Positions 10,701 through 18,502 of a stretch of DNA of 64,000 nucleotides are shown here, one piece after another (positions within the stretch are counted from its first letter, which is position 1; each line of letters opens with the position of its first letter). The notes beneath the pieces were generated by a model. The model searched no databases. It was not told where the DNA came from and was given only the letters and a program-made list of their open reading frames with translations. The DNA is from a virus. Where the stretch lies: IMG/VR virus record IMGVR_UViG_3300028844_005639, one strand, 5' to 3'. The position numbers and the translations under genes are program-made.

Positions 10701-13523
10701 AAGGAAATGCGTCGTAACATTATTTGGTTGAAAGACCGTAAGGACTTAGATCCGCCGATGATTAAAGACGGAAAACTTATCCCGGGACAGATTCTTCTTC
10801 CATACAAGTTCCTTAACCTAGTAGGCGGGGATGTTTCGAAGATTGATAAAAAGCTTCTTAACATGATCGGTTACCGTATTCCTAACCAAGGAGACGCCTC
10901 TACTGATTTACTTGAAGTAGTAGGATTCCTTCCAGAAGAGTATGGTGATACAGTAATTGCTTATGCAGAGATTACCGAAAAAACTGGTAGTGACTTCGAT
11001 ATTGATAAAATGTACATCATGGCCCCTAATTTCACGATGACTGAAGAAGGCTTAATCAAGACTCCTTACAATGAAGGAACATCTAAAGATGATGTTAAAG
11101 CACGTTACGAGATCTATTCAAAAACATTGGCAACTAAGCATGCCCTCTACGCAGAACTTGACAAAGTAGATTTTTGGAATCACCGTTCAAACTTAGTGCT
11201 AGACGCGGTTAAAGAAATCCTGAACGCCAAGTTTGCTAAGAATGACAATGCGTTAGCCTTTATAGCTATGATTGATAGTACGGAGTACGAAAACTCCAGT
11301 ATCCTAGACTCCATCAAGTCTTCGAATAACGTAGATATCTTATCGTTTGAAGAGTTCGCTAAGCTTCCGGTTACTGAACAGATTACTACTGAAGCTCTTC
11401 AAAACAGGTTTATGGATATCATGACAGAAGTTCTTTCGGAACCTTCTGGGTACATAAACATGATGACTCCATTGGAGTACCGTACCGCGGCTATTAAGAA
11501 AGACCTTAATCAAGTGCTAGAGGAATCCAATAGTACTCGAGATATTGATGCTTATGGTTTATCAGGACAGATTGATTCCAAGTATGCGTTTGCTGGAGGT
11601 AAAGCACAGCTTGGTGAGGTGATGAATTTCCTTCAGGACCACAGTGTGCGCCGTGAGGTAGGCCGTTTTATCAAAGCCGGACTCATAGACCTTAAAGCTG
11701 TAGAAACTCGTTTAGATGGGCGCTATGATGAAAACGGAGTGCCGTTGATGCAGATCTTTTCTGCGTACGCCTCGCTTCACGTAGATATTGCGACAGATCC
11801 TATCATTATCCGTGCAAACTGGTCTCAAGATACTACTAAAGTAGGATTGCTTATGCTGGCTGCTGGGTTACCTTATTCAAAAGTCGATCGGATTTTAAAT
11901 CAACCTATTATACGAGAGTACACTAAAAATAAACGACGCTTACGTGCAAAGTCTACTACACCTATCAAAAACAGTAACGGTAAGAAACTAAGTGCTTTTG
12001 AAGTAGCTGCTTTGAAATTTAATGAAGGTCAGAATATTAACGAAAAAGATTTACCAGTAACTGCTCCTAGTATGTTGACTAACAAAGTTTTAACGAGCCA
12101 GTTACAGTCAACAGGTAATGAACAGTTAGGTATCTTAGGTTTATACAAATTGTATGAAGACAACGCTAAAGAACTTACTCGAGGTATCCAAAATTCGAAG
12201 GTCGACAGCTCGCCGCCTAAACACCTTGTTGACGCATATGTTAAAGCGGACGTACGAGAAAAGATACAGCAGCATGATACTATAGGTAACTGGGATCAAA
12301 CTTTTGACCAAACTTTCTTAGGTACTATGTGGAAAAACTCTGTAACTACCCTCATTAACGGCTTACAGGACATAGCTATTGAAGGTACCCCAGCATTCCA
12401 AACAGCTATGAAAGAGTTCATGCATATGTCTGGACAAGATGTTTCAGTAGATGCGGTAGAGCAGTTCATGGAAGAGCTGTATGGAGCGTTCGCTTCAGGT
12501 TCTTCATTAAGCTTAACCGACGCGGAGTTTCAACGAATTTTTATAGGCAGCCAATCAGTGGCCCATAAAACTGTGGAGTATCAACAACCAGGCAGTCCGC
12601 TATACGGAAACGTATTTATTCAGTATCTGAATCCGAGTATTAAAACCGGAGATCACCCATCGATAGTCACAATTGATAACAACAATCAAATTTCAAATGA
12701 CGTTATCAACAATTTAAGAAACCAGTGGGTACAGCTTTATCGCCACGAAGATCCAGCTATTCGCGCTTATGCTTCTGACTTAGCTAAAGCGGCTTACCAC
12801 ACAAGTAATTTCAGGTATTCTACAAGAAGTATGTTGAAGTTACTGCCGGATCCTATCCTTCAAGACTTAGGGTATACAAAGTATGTAGAGGAGGCTATAT
12901 CTGGGAAGTTACAGGAAAGTAATTACTTATTGCCTATGATTAACCAAGTCTATAAGCACTTGTCAGACAACTCATCTTTGGTTCCTTTTGTTCCGTTTAA
13001 AGATATGCAGACAGTTCCAGTAGCTAACGAGTATAAAGACTATTTTCACAAAAGTCGCGTAGCATTAGTCGATGTCGAGAATAACCCAAAACTGGTTATT
13101 AAAAGCGATGGGAAAGATTTACTGCCTAACATGAAGCCCTTTATCTCCACCAAACTAAAAACAGGTAGTGAAGAGCAAGGGAATCGACGTCAAATAGATG
13201 CTACCATGATGTTCGTCGGTGTAACCAACAGTAAAGGCCGACAAAAAGCAATTTATGTTCGCACAAATACTCTAGGGTACTTCTCGGAAGGGAAGCGAGT
13301 AACAGAGTACAGCTTCTTCGAGTCCGGTAAGACTTCGAAGTTCTCTAAGAATAATGTACTTTTGTCTAAGGAGCAAAGAGGACTTATAGGGCAGTTCCTT
13401 AAGGAGAGTGCTGAAATAGCTAGTAGAGTCCAAGAAGATATGACTTTCTCAGCAGAACGTAGAGCACTGTCCCCGGAAAACGAAGAGAATCAAAAAATCA
13501 GTAAATTCTGTAGCACATCATGA
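1716..13523 (+). CDS. giant (3,935 aa) multidomain virion/ejected protein with a two-barrel RNA polymerase-like module (crAss-like vRNAP candidate), a PD-(D/E)XK nuclease-like module and an HExxH zincin motif
   Basis: Uninterrupted 11.8-kb ORF. Beta-like motif DEVITRSGSKGAVQKV (about nt 10064-10110) resembles GRHGNKGVISK. Beta-prime-like MIGYRIPNQG...TGSDFDIDKMYIMAP (nt 10863-11030) resembles NRAPTLH...NADFDGDQMAVHVP. PD-(D/E)XK pattern GTVDLLLY...VWIYDMKA...QLSAY (nt 5841-6020). LLHEFGHAG at nt 6696-6722. Gly-rich hydrophobic segment GAGTFGTSVGLMAPALAVGFLSGGALGAVGGAVAGA near aa 195-235. Confidence 0.85.
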   Translation: MGKQKRDYSDPTYEEFLSAVNEDPQNLEPPTTLDGVEVEPFIPPQSEEEFNALVKEVKASDNIGNNFSGSADLSGGRFGIGDTNLDDDGVSLYQVPHLEDLRAQSQGGMRLLGNALTNFGIEAAAGVLNFAGTIMDFEQMGDLINGTEMEFSNFFTDAVNGAKDSLVQDDGAMFKIYQTKAAQQGFAPTDSTWWAKGAGTFGTSVGLMAPALAVGFLSGGALGAVGGAVAGATVSRYVENTMEAFEVTDRLYKDFIREGMPEEQAREKAGAQGRKVWIANSAMLPIDIAQFIMSAGTMKAASKMGLGMAKAIGKDAATQIPQEAFEEFYQHVTAEEAVSEGLGKSGFYDQGFTYRLGDYVRDEQAWNAAFWGGVGGGVFSAASPMIQKKMEKTALYNGLLNQFRQKGDAVQFEKTSATMAYSTALQDLENTGSLDKSISTLDAIAQDDKLEPEARDRVTSLRTDLEEINKEIPAWQDQGYSKAEIANLSKLSMERRGIQRARKQLDSEISDLESSMIENDAMTPGALEVKSAQTKAEALSELQRFLTLKERNQAAQEQQMVTDGKSPAEIAAFQETRKHTKTILGQLKKDVPAAAKAAEEAKAAFIESEEFNNDVDTLEGQTLSTIENKYFEAISRRQQEDYALGRVNRDLKKAGTRSSKKATDQQAETEKKKTEDAVKQAAKDESSIEEINKLFKRNDPITYTDEEGNEVKGTFQGTSQSGVAVKGEDGVTRPIAKDKFSQAIEEKQASLEGTTEDINKTAREKTNESPGGWGAGTVEETAAPSSEAKGGWGEGTTEGATKPEADPTTEPEVGVDNKVVDEAHRGPGEVSTTPENKSIASEKKRPTTIAWISANNPKYSGEQHDADNKATTEFFEADNTTEGLEARVVISNEIQDWDTQDSPLDVDDVDIQLNVLDDQGNEIKINDGQVRGWVHKTNFEGYKTEAQKKQIRTIRQNMIDAVRAGNEVRVKLGPKKGGQIWYSSEVNTLEDIFKKSYEDINVYVVDNTGQLMPGNPIVTAMPDHTGKIAVVFEGYDGQLIAATGGTAKYTPALADAAMIVLRNATNYLGKSTITPKLAKYLREHESTEVSDVGTIFNLDPTKGDLPTLNELLNFFVVEGSRTEGNKNALKAKKGEGVTYVSNGKTRLIDNKSTPEETQMFKEHLLSLGFPVQAQHVQTPAGRKWYYQHGIYNFKLKPTAKGVPIHTPTIHFSENIEAIAPKEKATQTSKASSMDSRMDEVKAVSQTFSLSKDEKKYTRVVDGKTLTYERVTQFYKGESTEKTPKPVMISGGIIGDKNDEIWRAFFNGEIKTAEDIRKYKFQKKSIKGQKFGKNLTDAQLETFLNRLKALQTDFEKQGMKVLATDVVVFDDVEMVAGTVDLLLYNDKGDVWIYDMKAMKGNKFTEHYGKDPNTKYNATFDGGMSDKEAHSNQLSAYRALLHNAYGMTASKLAILPTVVSYNPGDTDINFSDVFGTDEQEIRFEVLNPYPVAIKDKVVHHADSDRVLTIRKGKVTKDVTKKSADDIMDGLLGDGYSSTLDDSISKERQMDTQTLDTILPYSTRRVSTMEETITGLLTLGDADVMTDMYAMQKAAAFGGSTFMQEFGSKVKVIVRSGREMSARPSMAGKDASRTIGIYEPETNQVVMNKDLIPYATPNMLARTLLHEFGHAGTIHVMHIYETDRTLLSGLAQDYVSTFYEMYDNLQLTDSEKAKTHALKSPQEFVAEFFGNQKFRQWSVERLVANNEKATGNILRRLFTFFKELFRFGFKAAIKAQRPVTADQLMGEFDEAFSASINDIRVAARGLGGYYAQEVQEPGEATPSELDAQETNEVLDFMQLVFFTQLQGAKSSVVNLSLDFGQVREKLATLSEEAEASIANVFKRAVLPENYAILVGRLNDRLRQAGIVINEEAESSMKEMGEYDKASFTINRKQNANLDVKLMVASLPEMDAKVDSEGNYTYTAAKGELLGLGKLAPANATWYAIQHLLKNLTITEGNSDVYSTMREKIRQFTPFYPSLAVLGNWLDNAPEYRRTQFMKAFNLQEITFILYQFNGYGKDLSVRRMDTTSVSKRNNLLEMWKNGFTTAFFQTNEKNEVKLTSNAKIAVERFNELAKETSRLRKGGKLPKEHLADWATFLKDSGIGIDPRTLEYGATLRNESNPADGLQQLINTTFRYVFAKSNYGNPLAKLVNEGVSVDENGDIPNPIKHADSESSLKSLVELEMMFRPQMNESTVLGADGDSYWVFQTYDYTNLLIDELKANPKMVDSLLQIPYHKHSSILKLMQKYGTDIIKVDTWNNARRMNAADKGTKYSRLERPDDLLLKMWGYTKGVLPYINQADKSRHYEISLDFKKIKERNGGKEVILLPETAMRKDGTWALGRSVPLMASLFLNELNASRLAWEQVFGDNKLPDNELIEDYHFVRDESGNMVKTLPNGLPTGSVFYSDIFPELSPGTGLAVSLDLYDSNGRPNVANSEEYYAGTTGGGSKLIPSFQKAFEPLVLAKILREKNRLLQIAEDDGLIEKTDSGYDNLIIPEELITESGTLENLFMTVAARSIYANAEITSLFYGDRRVFSKMKKDSDGAYMQGVFSSSLSKRVTGATAVKGRLRIDGKRVRKTYKAAVIADMITFSDKLLSEEHLREVAKATGESFSAIKRIFSDQGKTKNEQTGSGYDNNNAADAQAWITLDRAKEIFEGEGLWDDQMEDAYESLKAGKLKQSDVKLFSKAVNLAPQKGAYFAPMVINNQRVSVMDKYSQAILYPGLTKGTGLDGLRLAMERKVDGQNAVDEVITRSGSKGAVQKVATIFDSDGNMLDQATIEKELFTTDRENKHWGRQVEMSPKALNDNTLVNTQVRKNVFANVDREYVYESGRKGGEILAEKNAVISELSNRGLAEVSALYGTDPDGRFSEPAIRKVMRDEMVANNAPQDLIDSLDGTTNLNALPQDRKTLWYRIAAGVVKNTVKLKQLGGGFIQMSIAGISDTTEAGVVDLSYLKDLKKLKEMRRNIIWLKDRKDLDPPMIKDGKLIPGQILLPYKFLNLVGGDVSKIDKKLLNMIGYRIPNQGDASTDLLEVVGFLPEEYGDTVIAYAEITEKTGSDFDIDKMYIMAPNFTMTEEGLIKTPYNEGTSKDDVKARYEIYSKTLATKHALYAELDKVDFWNHRSNLVLDAVKEILNAKFAKNDNALAFIAMIDSTEYENSSILDSIKSSNNVDILSFEEFAKLPVTEQITTEALQNRFMDIMTEVLSEPSGYINMMTPLEYRTAAIKKDLNQVLEESNSTRDIDAYGLSGQIDSKYAFAGGKAQLGEVMNFLQDHSVRREVGRFIKAGLIDLKAVETRLDGRYDENGVPLMQIFSAYASLHVDIATDPIIIRANWSQDTTKVGLLMLAAGLPYSKVDRILNQPIIREYTKNKRRLRAKSTTPIKNSNGKKLSAFEVAALKFNEGQNINEKDLPVTAPSMLTNKVLTSQLQSTGNEQLGILGLYKLYEDNAKELTRGIQNSKVDSSPPKHLVDAYVKADVREKIQQHDTIGNWDQTFDQTFLGTMWKNSVTTLINGLQDIAIEGTPAFQTAMKEFMHMSGQDVSVDAVEQFMEELYGAFASGSSLSLTDAEFQRIFIGSQSVAHKTVEYQQPGSPLYGNVFIQYLNPSIKTGDHPSIVTIDNNNQISNDVINNLRNQWVQLYRHEDPAIRAYASDLAKAAYHTSNFRYSTRSMLKLLPDPILQDLGYTKYVEEAISGKLQESNYLLPMINQVYKHLSDNSSLVPFVPFKDMQTVPVANEYKDYFHKSRVALVDVENNPKLVIKSDGKDLLPNMKPFISTKLKTGSEEQGNRRQIDATMMFVGVTNSKGRQKAIYVRTNTLGYFSEGKRVTEYSFFESGKTSKFSKNNVLLSKEQRGLIGQFLKESAEIASRVQEDMTFSAERRALSPENEENQKISKFCSTS

Positions 13524-16500
13524 TATGTCCTAATGTAAACAGCCAGGAATGGCAGCACCTTGTAACTGCGGTAGGCGAAGATCTCGCTTATTATTTATGG
13601 GACGCCAATAACGGTAACCCAATGTCTATGACTCCGCAAGGAGAATTATCGCCATTGTACGACCAAATGCTGGACTATACTAACGGTAATGCTTTCGCTG
13701 CGTCAAAGCTTAAAGCGAGTGCTTACGATATCGCTTACCTACAAAGTAATGAGTGGCGTAAGGGTGCTGAGCCTAAGCTCGAAGTTAAAAGTAATGGCTC
13801 TTTGTACTTAGTACAGGATGTCGAAGGAGTTCCGTTTTACTACCGTATTAAGGCCCCAAGAACTACTACTAGTTTAAACTTCAATGATGCTGCTTCTATG
13901 GATGCGTATAAAGCTCCAGAGAACGAAGAAGACTTCAACACGAAGCTTGATATGATGCAAAAAAACTTCGCAGCATTTGACATAGACTTACAATTCGAAG
14001 GAGTGAATCCATCGATCGTGGCCATTAACGGCCGGATTCAACTTAACATGCCTTATCCTAACATATTAGCAGGGAAAGACAGTTTACTTCACGAGCATGG
14101 CCACATTTTAATCGAAGCTTTAGGTGGTATGAAAGATGACCACATAGCATTCGCTAGGCGTCAACTTGCAGGTACCAAGCTTGAAGAAGAGGTTACCAAA
14201 ATGTATCGTAGCCTAGATCAGGAATCTCTGGACAAAGAAATTATAGCACAAGCGGTAGGTATGAAGGCCGCGGAGCTTTTTGATGACTTAATGAAGCAGC
14301 GTAAATGGAAAGCTTGGCTTAAAGTTTACTTAAATCGATTGAAAGCTACACTAGGACTTAATCATGACGCAGTCATGGAACTAAGTCGCAAACTTCTTTT
14401 AGACGAATTAGCCTACACTGAGACCGACTTCCAAGCGGATGATAAGGTTTTAGGTACGCCATTCGAGCAACGTCAAACTGTTGAGGGGGTCCTAGAGAAT
14501 TTAATGGAACGAGTGCAGAGTTTGTATGCCCACTGGCAGCGTTTTAAAAACACAGACGCTATTGAACGTATGGGTCAGATGATTGAAGACATGGTAAACT
14601 TTAATGACATTCGATCGGCTATCGTGTACACCCAGAATGCAGAGCGAACTACGCTTAGGATCGAAAAAGACTTTGAAGAAATAGAAGCTAAACTCAAAGC
14701 TGGGGGATACATTACGGACGCAGAGTTTGAAAAACTTAGCCACCACCTCAAAAACATGCAACAGTTTGCTGGAGCTTTTAACTTGATTCCGGAAATTCAA
14801 GAATTGTTAGAAGCAGGTGAAATAGAATTCGGTAAGAAAGACTTAGTAGAGCTCGACTTTAAAGCCCCGGTAAAGACTTTAGGAGCAGTAGATGCCCGTC
14901 TCAAAAAGCTAGACAGGATGTACCAACGTATAATTCAAGAGTACACGGTCCAGCGCCACTATAAGGATATTGACATTGTGGAAAAAAACTGGGGACGAAA
15001 ATTCGAAAAAGAATACCACAAGCTCTACCGTAGCGCTGATCGTAAACGTCTAGGTAAAGAGGAGTACGATCGACGTAAACTAGCATTCATTAAGGAAAAG
15101 CTGGGAGAGAACCAGGCGACTATTGATGCCGAGTCTCAACAGTATTTACGTAATATGCTAGATAGACATATTGGATACGTTAGTGACATATCTTCACTTA
15201 CAGAATGGGCCTCGGATCCAAAATCCATTACTGATTCGGTTATGCAGATAGCCATAAAAATCATGGATAGAATCGATGAGGAAGTGCGCTTCGAGTTTCA
15301 ACAAGCACTTAGAGAACCTGTGGAAGCTTTTCAAAAATTTACAGCAGAACGAGGTAATCCTTTAAATCAGGAGGAGTTGTACAAAGGATTGTACGAAGAA
15401 ATCGACGGAGAAAAAACCGGATTTTACAACGGTAAGTTCCTAAGCTCCTTCTTGACTAATAAAAACGTATTGTGGAATGCTTATGCGGAAGCTAAAGAAG
15501 TAGATCCAAACGGTCCTAAAGAATTAGAAGCAAAAGCTGCATTCGAAGAGTGGAAGCTTGAGAACGAAGAACAACCTTATACAGCTGAGTTCTTAAAAAG
15601 GGTAACTGAGAATCGTGAACAATTTGTTCGTACAGAGGAGTATGTAAGGCTGAGTAAAGAACAGGCTAAAATCAGAAAGCGCTACATAATTAATGGAAGT
15701 TTCGCTTATGATAGACTCACTCCCGTAGACAAAGAAGCTTGGAACGCTAATGAAGCTGCACTTAAAGTAGAGCGGGAAGTTACTAAAGCGGAGAATAAAA
15801 CAGTACAAGAGGAATTTTTCAAGCTGTGGAAGTTTGTAGAAACTGCTCGTTACGAGAAAGTAAAGGACGAAAAACTTTTAGAAGGTACTGAGGCATACAA
15901 CGAATGGTATGTGGCTAATCATGATAAAGGTAAGGCTAAGCCCGCCTGGACTAAACTAGTGCCAAAAAGTGATGCTAACAATAATCCGAATTATCGGGAA
16001 CATTATACGACTCCGAAGTCGCAATGGTTAAACCCAGCTTGGGGGAACATGAAACAAATGATGGAGAACGAAAACAGTTCTGCGGGACAAATGTTGAAGT
16101 TCTTAAAAGAGAATGCTAATCGTGTGGATAAGGAATACGCGGGGAAAAGTCATCGTCGTAAGTATCTTACAAACGATGCTATGGACGACCTGATAGGGAT
16201 TCCGAAAGCGGAAAAACAGACTATCGAAAGGATAGCTGAGTCAGGCGTGCGTGCGGTATTTTGGGAAGGGTTAAAAGACAAACTGCAAAAAAGATCTACA
16301 GACACAGATCTAGAGATGGAAACTATGGATAACCCCGAGTGGGAAAAGTTCGTTAAAGTAGTTGTTGATGAGAATCACAAAGTAAAGCGATTCATTCCTA
16401 TCTACTTCCGAAACAGTCTAGCTAATAAAGCTGACCAATCTTATGACTTACTTTCACTAGAAATGATGGACTTGTATGCGGCTTTAAACTACAGCCGTAA

Positions 16501-18055
16501 AAGCAAATCCGAAGCAGACATCATGATCATTCAAGATGCTATGGCTAATCGAAAAGTAGCGCAGCAGAAAGGATTTAAGTATATGGTGAACTCTATCCTA
16601 CCTTGGATGAAGGGCGAAAACTTTAAACCGGTAAATATTGAGGGAGTGCACTCTAATGTTTATCAAGCCTTAGCTTCTACAGTAGAGAATCGATTATACA
16701 ACATCGGTGTACAAGATGCTGGGTCCGTCAAAATATTTGGAAAAAAGATTTCATTAAATAAACTATCCGACACTATTGCCGGATTCACTGGTTCCGTCAT
16801 GCTGACCTTCAACTGGCTGTCTGCAGGAGCTTCTGGACTACAGGGTAATATCCTGAACATGTCGGAAGCTTTTGGAGGCGTTAATATCAACGCGAAGAAT
16901 ATTAAAGCAGCGTACGCTTTGTATGCTGCTGATTTTGGGAATGTCCTTGCAGATGCTGGGCGTGTTGTACATAGAGCTAAGACTAACGCTTTACTCGAGT
17001 ACTTCAATCCGTCTGGTGCTTATCAAGGATTAGAAAGGCGTTTCTCTCAAAACAATATTATTCGACAAACAGCCGGTGCTGGTCTACATGCATTAAACTT
17101 TACCAACTGGCAGGAGCATCAAGTGCAAGGTACTTTAATGTACGCATTGCTTGATAGTTATGAAGTAGCTACTAAGTCCGGAGAAACTATGCCTTTACAC
17201 GAAGCTTTGGTAGTAGCCTCTAATGGTACTATTAGCTTTAATCCTGAAATCTCGCTGTCAGATAAGGAAATGAAAAGCTTACTGCTAGAGGCTTTCCGTA
17301 AGATTAAAGAAGTTACGAAGCAAAAGCATGGTAATTATGATCCAGCTAACAAAGCAAAAATGCAGCGAGTTATTGCTGGGCAACAAACTAGTATGCTACG
17401 TAAGTGGTTAGTACCAGGAGTACAACATCGCTTTCTCAATCTACGTTCCTTCAGTAAGGACTTCGAAGACATGGACGCCTACGAGTTAAGTTATAACGAA
17501 TCTTCTGGGCAATTTCAAGAAGGTATTTACACGACTACTTTAAGATTCTTACGCCAGTACCACAAAGAATTATTGGGACTTAAGTTTAAAGTAGCAGGAG
17601 CTGCCTGGGACGAGCTTACAGACGTGGAGCGAGGTAATATTCGCCAAACTGTATTTGAAGCTGGTATGATGGGCGCTACCTATTTAGCTTTTCTTGCTTT
17701 CTTATCGTTAGCAGAGGATGACGACGAATGGGCATATGTCCCAGCATTCTTCATGAGAAGATTATTTGGAGAACTTAGCTTCTATGTATGGCCGCCAGAG
17801 GCTTTCAAGATTTTACATTCGCCTGCAGCGACTGTATCTATGCTCGAGAGATTATCAGTGCTTGCTGTGCAAGCTATTTATGATATAGGAATGGTAGCTA
17901 CAGGAGGCGAAGCTACTCGATACGTGCAGAAACCGCACAAGGGGGAATTAAAATTGTGGAGACGTACTAAACAAGCTTTACCGATCGCATCTCAATTAGA
18001 ACGAAACGTTCAGAAGTCTCTGGAGTACCAACGTCGGATGATGGTTAACCAATAA
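13520..18055 (+). CDS. large (1,511 aa) virion/ejection-module protein with an N-terminal HExxH zincin motif and a C-terminal hydrophobic segment
   Basis: ATGA-type 4-nt overlap with the giant ORF. DSLLHEHGHILIEALGG has HEHGH at nt 14090-14104 (aa 191-195). C-terminal AGMMGATYLAFLAFLSLA looks like a TM helix. Confidence 0.8.
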   Translation: MICPNVNSQEWQHLVTAVGEDLAYYLWDANNGNPMSMTPQGELSPLYDQMLDYTNGNAFAASKLKASAYDIAYLQSNEWRKGAEPKLEVKSNGSLYLVQDVEGVPFYYRIKAPRTTTSLNFNDAASMDAYKAPENEEDFNTKLDMMQKNFAAFDIDLQFEGVNPSIVAINGRIQLNMPYPNILAGKDSLLHEHGHILIEALGGMKDDHIAFARRQLAGTKLEEEVTKMYRSLDQESLDKEIIAQAVGMKAAELFDDLMKQRKWKAWLKVYLNRLKATLGLNHDAVMELSRKLLLDELAYTETDFQADDKVLGTPFEQRQTVEGVLENLMERVQSLYAHWQRFKNTDAIERMGQMIEDMVNFNDIRSAIVYTQNAERTTLRIEKDFEEIEAKLKAGGYITDAEFEKLSHHLKNMQQFAGAFNLIPEIQELLEAGEIEFGKKDLVELDFKAPVKTLGAVDARLKKLDRMYQRIIQEYTVQRHYKDIDIVEKNWGRKFEKEYHKLYRSADRKRLGKEEYDRRKLAFIKEKLGENQATIDAESQQYLRNMLDRHIGYVSDISSLTEWASDPKSITDSVMQIAIKIMDRIDEEVRFEFQQALREPVEAFQKFTAERGNPLNQEELYKGLYEEIDGEKTGFYNGKFLSSFLTNKNVLWNAYAEAKEVDPNGPKELEAKAAFEEWKLENEEQPYTAEFLKRVTENREQFVRTEEYVRLSKEQAKIRKRYIINGSFAYDRLTPVDKEAWNANEAALKVEREVTKAENKTVQEEFFKLWKFVETARYEKVKDEKLLEGTEAYNEWYVANHDKGKAKPAWTKLVPKSDANNNPNYREHYTTPKSQWLNPAWGNMKQMMENENSSAGQMLKFLKENANRVDKEYAGKSHRRKYLTNDAMDDLIGIPKAEKQTIERIAESGVRAVFWEGLKDKLQKRSTDTDLEMETMDNPEWEKFVKVVVDENHKVKRFIPIYFRNSLANKADQSYDLLSLEMMDLYAALNYSRKSKSEADIMIIQDAMANRKVAQQKGFKYMVNSILPWMKGENFKPVNIEGVHSNVYQALASTVENRLYNIGVQDAGSVKIFGKKISLNKLSDTIAGFTGSVMLTFNWLSAGASGLQGNILNMSEAFGGVNINAKNIKAAYALYAADFGNVLADAGRVVHRAKTNALLEYFNPSGAYQGLERRFSQNNIIRQTAGAGLHALNFTNWQEHQVQGTLMYALLDSYEVATKSGETMPLHEALVVASNGTISFNPEISLSDKEMKSLLLEAFRKIKEVTKQKHGNYDPANKAKMQRVIAGQQTSMLRKWLVPGVQHRFLNLRSFSKDFEDMDAYELSYNESSGQFQEGIYTTTLRFLRQYHKELLGLKFKVAGAAWDELTDVERGNIRQTVFEAGMMGATYLAFLAFLSLAEDDDEWAYVPAFFMRRLFGELSFYVWPPEAFKILHSPAATVSMLERLSVLAVQAIYDIGMVATGGEATRYVQKPHKGELKLWRRTKQALPIASQLERNVQKSLEYQRRMMVNQ

Positions 18056-18127
18056 GAAACGAGTGGCAGTACTTTAGCCTGGCTGTGTTTACGAACCTCA
18101 CTCATTAATGCTTGCACTCTATTTAGC

Positions 18128-18200
18128 ACGAGAGGTAAGACTCAAACTTACAACCTTCGGTTTTGCAGACCACTGCCTACATCCCCTCGGCCACACTGAC
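18128..18200 (-). pseudogene. degenerate tRNA-like element (anticodon-loop-like CUGCAAA, GCA)
   Basis: The minus-sense sequence has a class-II-like D arm (UG-GCC-GAGGGGAUGUA-GGC), an anticodon-arm-like hairpin and a T-arm-like hairpin GUAAG-UUUGAGU-CUUAC. The T loop has U where C56 is expected. The flanking 7-mers GUCAGUG and CUCUCGU do not form an acceptor stem. Confidence 0.3.
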
Positions 18201-18211
18201 TTGTTTAAAAC

Positions 18212-18247
18212 AAAAAAGGCCCTCATTTCTGAGAGCCCTTTCTGTCC
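18212..18247. terminator. bidirectional intrinsic-terminator-like hairpin
   Basis: AAAAAAGGCCCTCA-TTTC-TGAGAGCCCTTTCT: a stem of about 9 bp with one C.A mismatch, flanked by an A run upstream and a T-rich tract downstream. It lies about 160 nt after the stop of the 1,511-aa ORF. Confidence 0.5.
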
Positions 18248-18360
18248 TATGTGCTTACCTAAATTGCTTCGTTAGCGACAATGACGGTCAGGGCCCTCTG
18301 TAGAGACGGCTATTCTAAACCACTTATTAATCGCTGTACATTTCATAATCGTACTATTAG

Positions 18361-18442
18361 TTGCGGGAGAGGGACTTGAACCCTCGAGGCCAAAGGCGGT
18401 GGGTTATGAGCCCACTGAGATACCAACTTCTCGCACCCCGCA
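18361..18442 (-). tRNA. tRNA with anticodon CAU (Met or Ile2 type) and an unusually long 13-nt variable region
   Basis: Manual fold: acceptor UGCGGGG/UCCCGCA (6 Watson-Crick pairs plus G.U), anticodon arm GUGGG-CUCAUAA-CCCAC, variable CGCCUUUGGCCUC (GCC/GGC mini-stem), T arm GAGGG-UUCAAGU-CCCUC, discriminator A, no encoded CCA. The junction between acceptor and D stem is irregular: either a 3-nt linker or a C.A pair in the D stem. Confidence 0.65.
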
Positions 18443-18451
18443 ATAAGTGGA

Positions 18452-18484
18452 CAAAGTTAGTGTAAAATAATCCACAGTACCAAA
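18452..18484 (-). promoter_or_regulatory. Bacteroidota-type promoter (TTTG-N21-TAACTTTG) for the tRNA(CAU) gene
   Basis: Minus-strand TAACTTTG (plus CAAAGTTA, 18452-18459) matches the -7 consensus TAnnTTTG and ends 9 nt upstream of the tRNA 5' end. TTTG lies at 18484-18481. Confidence 0.45.
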
Positions 18485-18502
18485 CTTTTTATTACTAATC
18501 TG

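Noticed and set aside
939-10864. Numerous 60-118-aa minus-strand track ORFs inside the giant plus-strand genes, and the analogous antisense ORFs inside minus-strand genes elsewhere
   Set aside because: All are embedded antisense in much longer ORFs with clear protein features. Their translations are Ser/Pro/Leu-rich shadow-frame sequence.
1716-18055. Possibility of stop-codon reassignment (as in some crAss-like and Lak phages), given the several odd ORF overlaps
   Set aside because: Under the standard code the 3,935-aa, 1,511-aa, RNR, PolA, GroEL and terminase ORFs are all intact and full-length, and no recognisable gene is fragmented. Recoding would produce broken ORFs, not ORFs that run too long.
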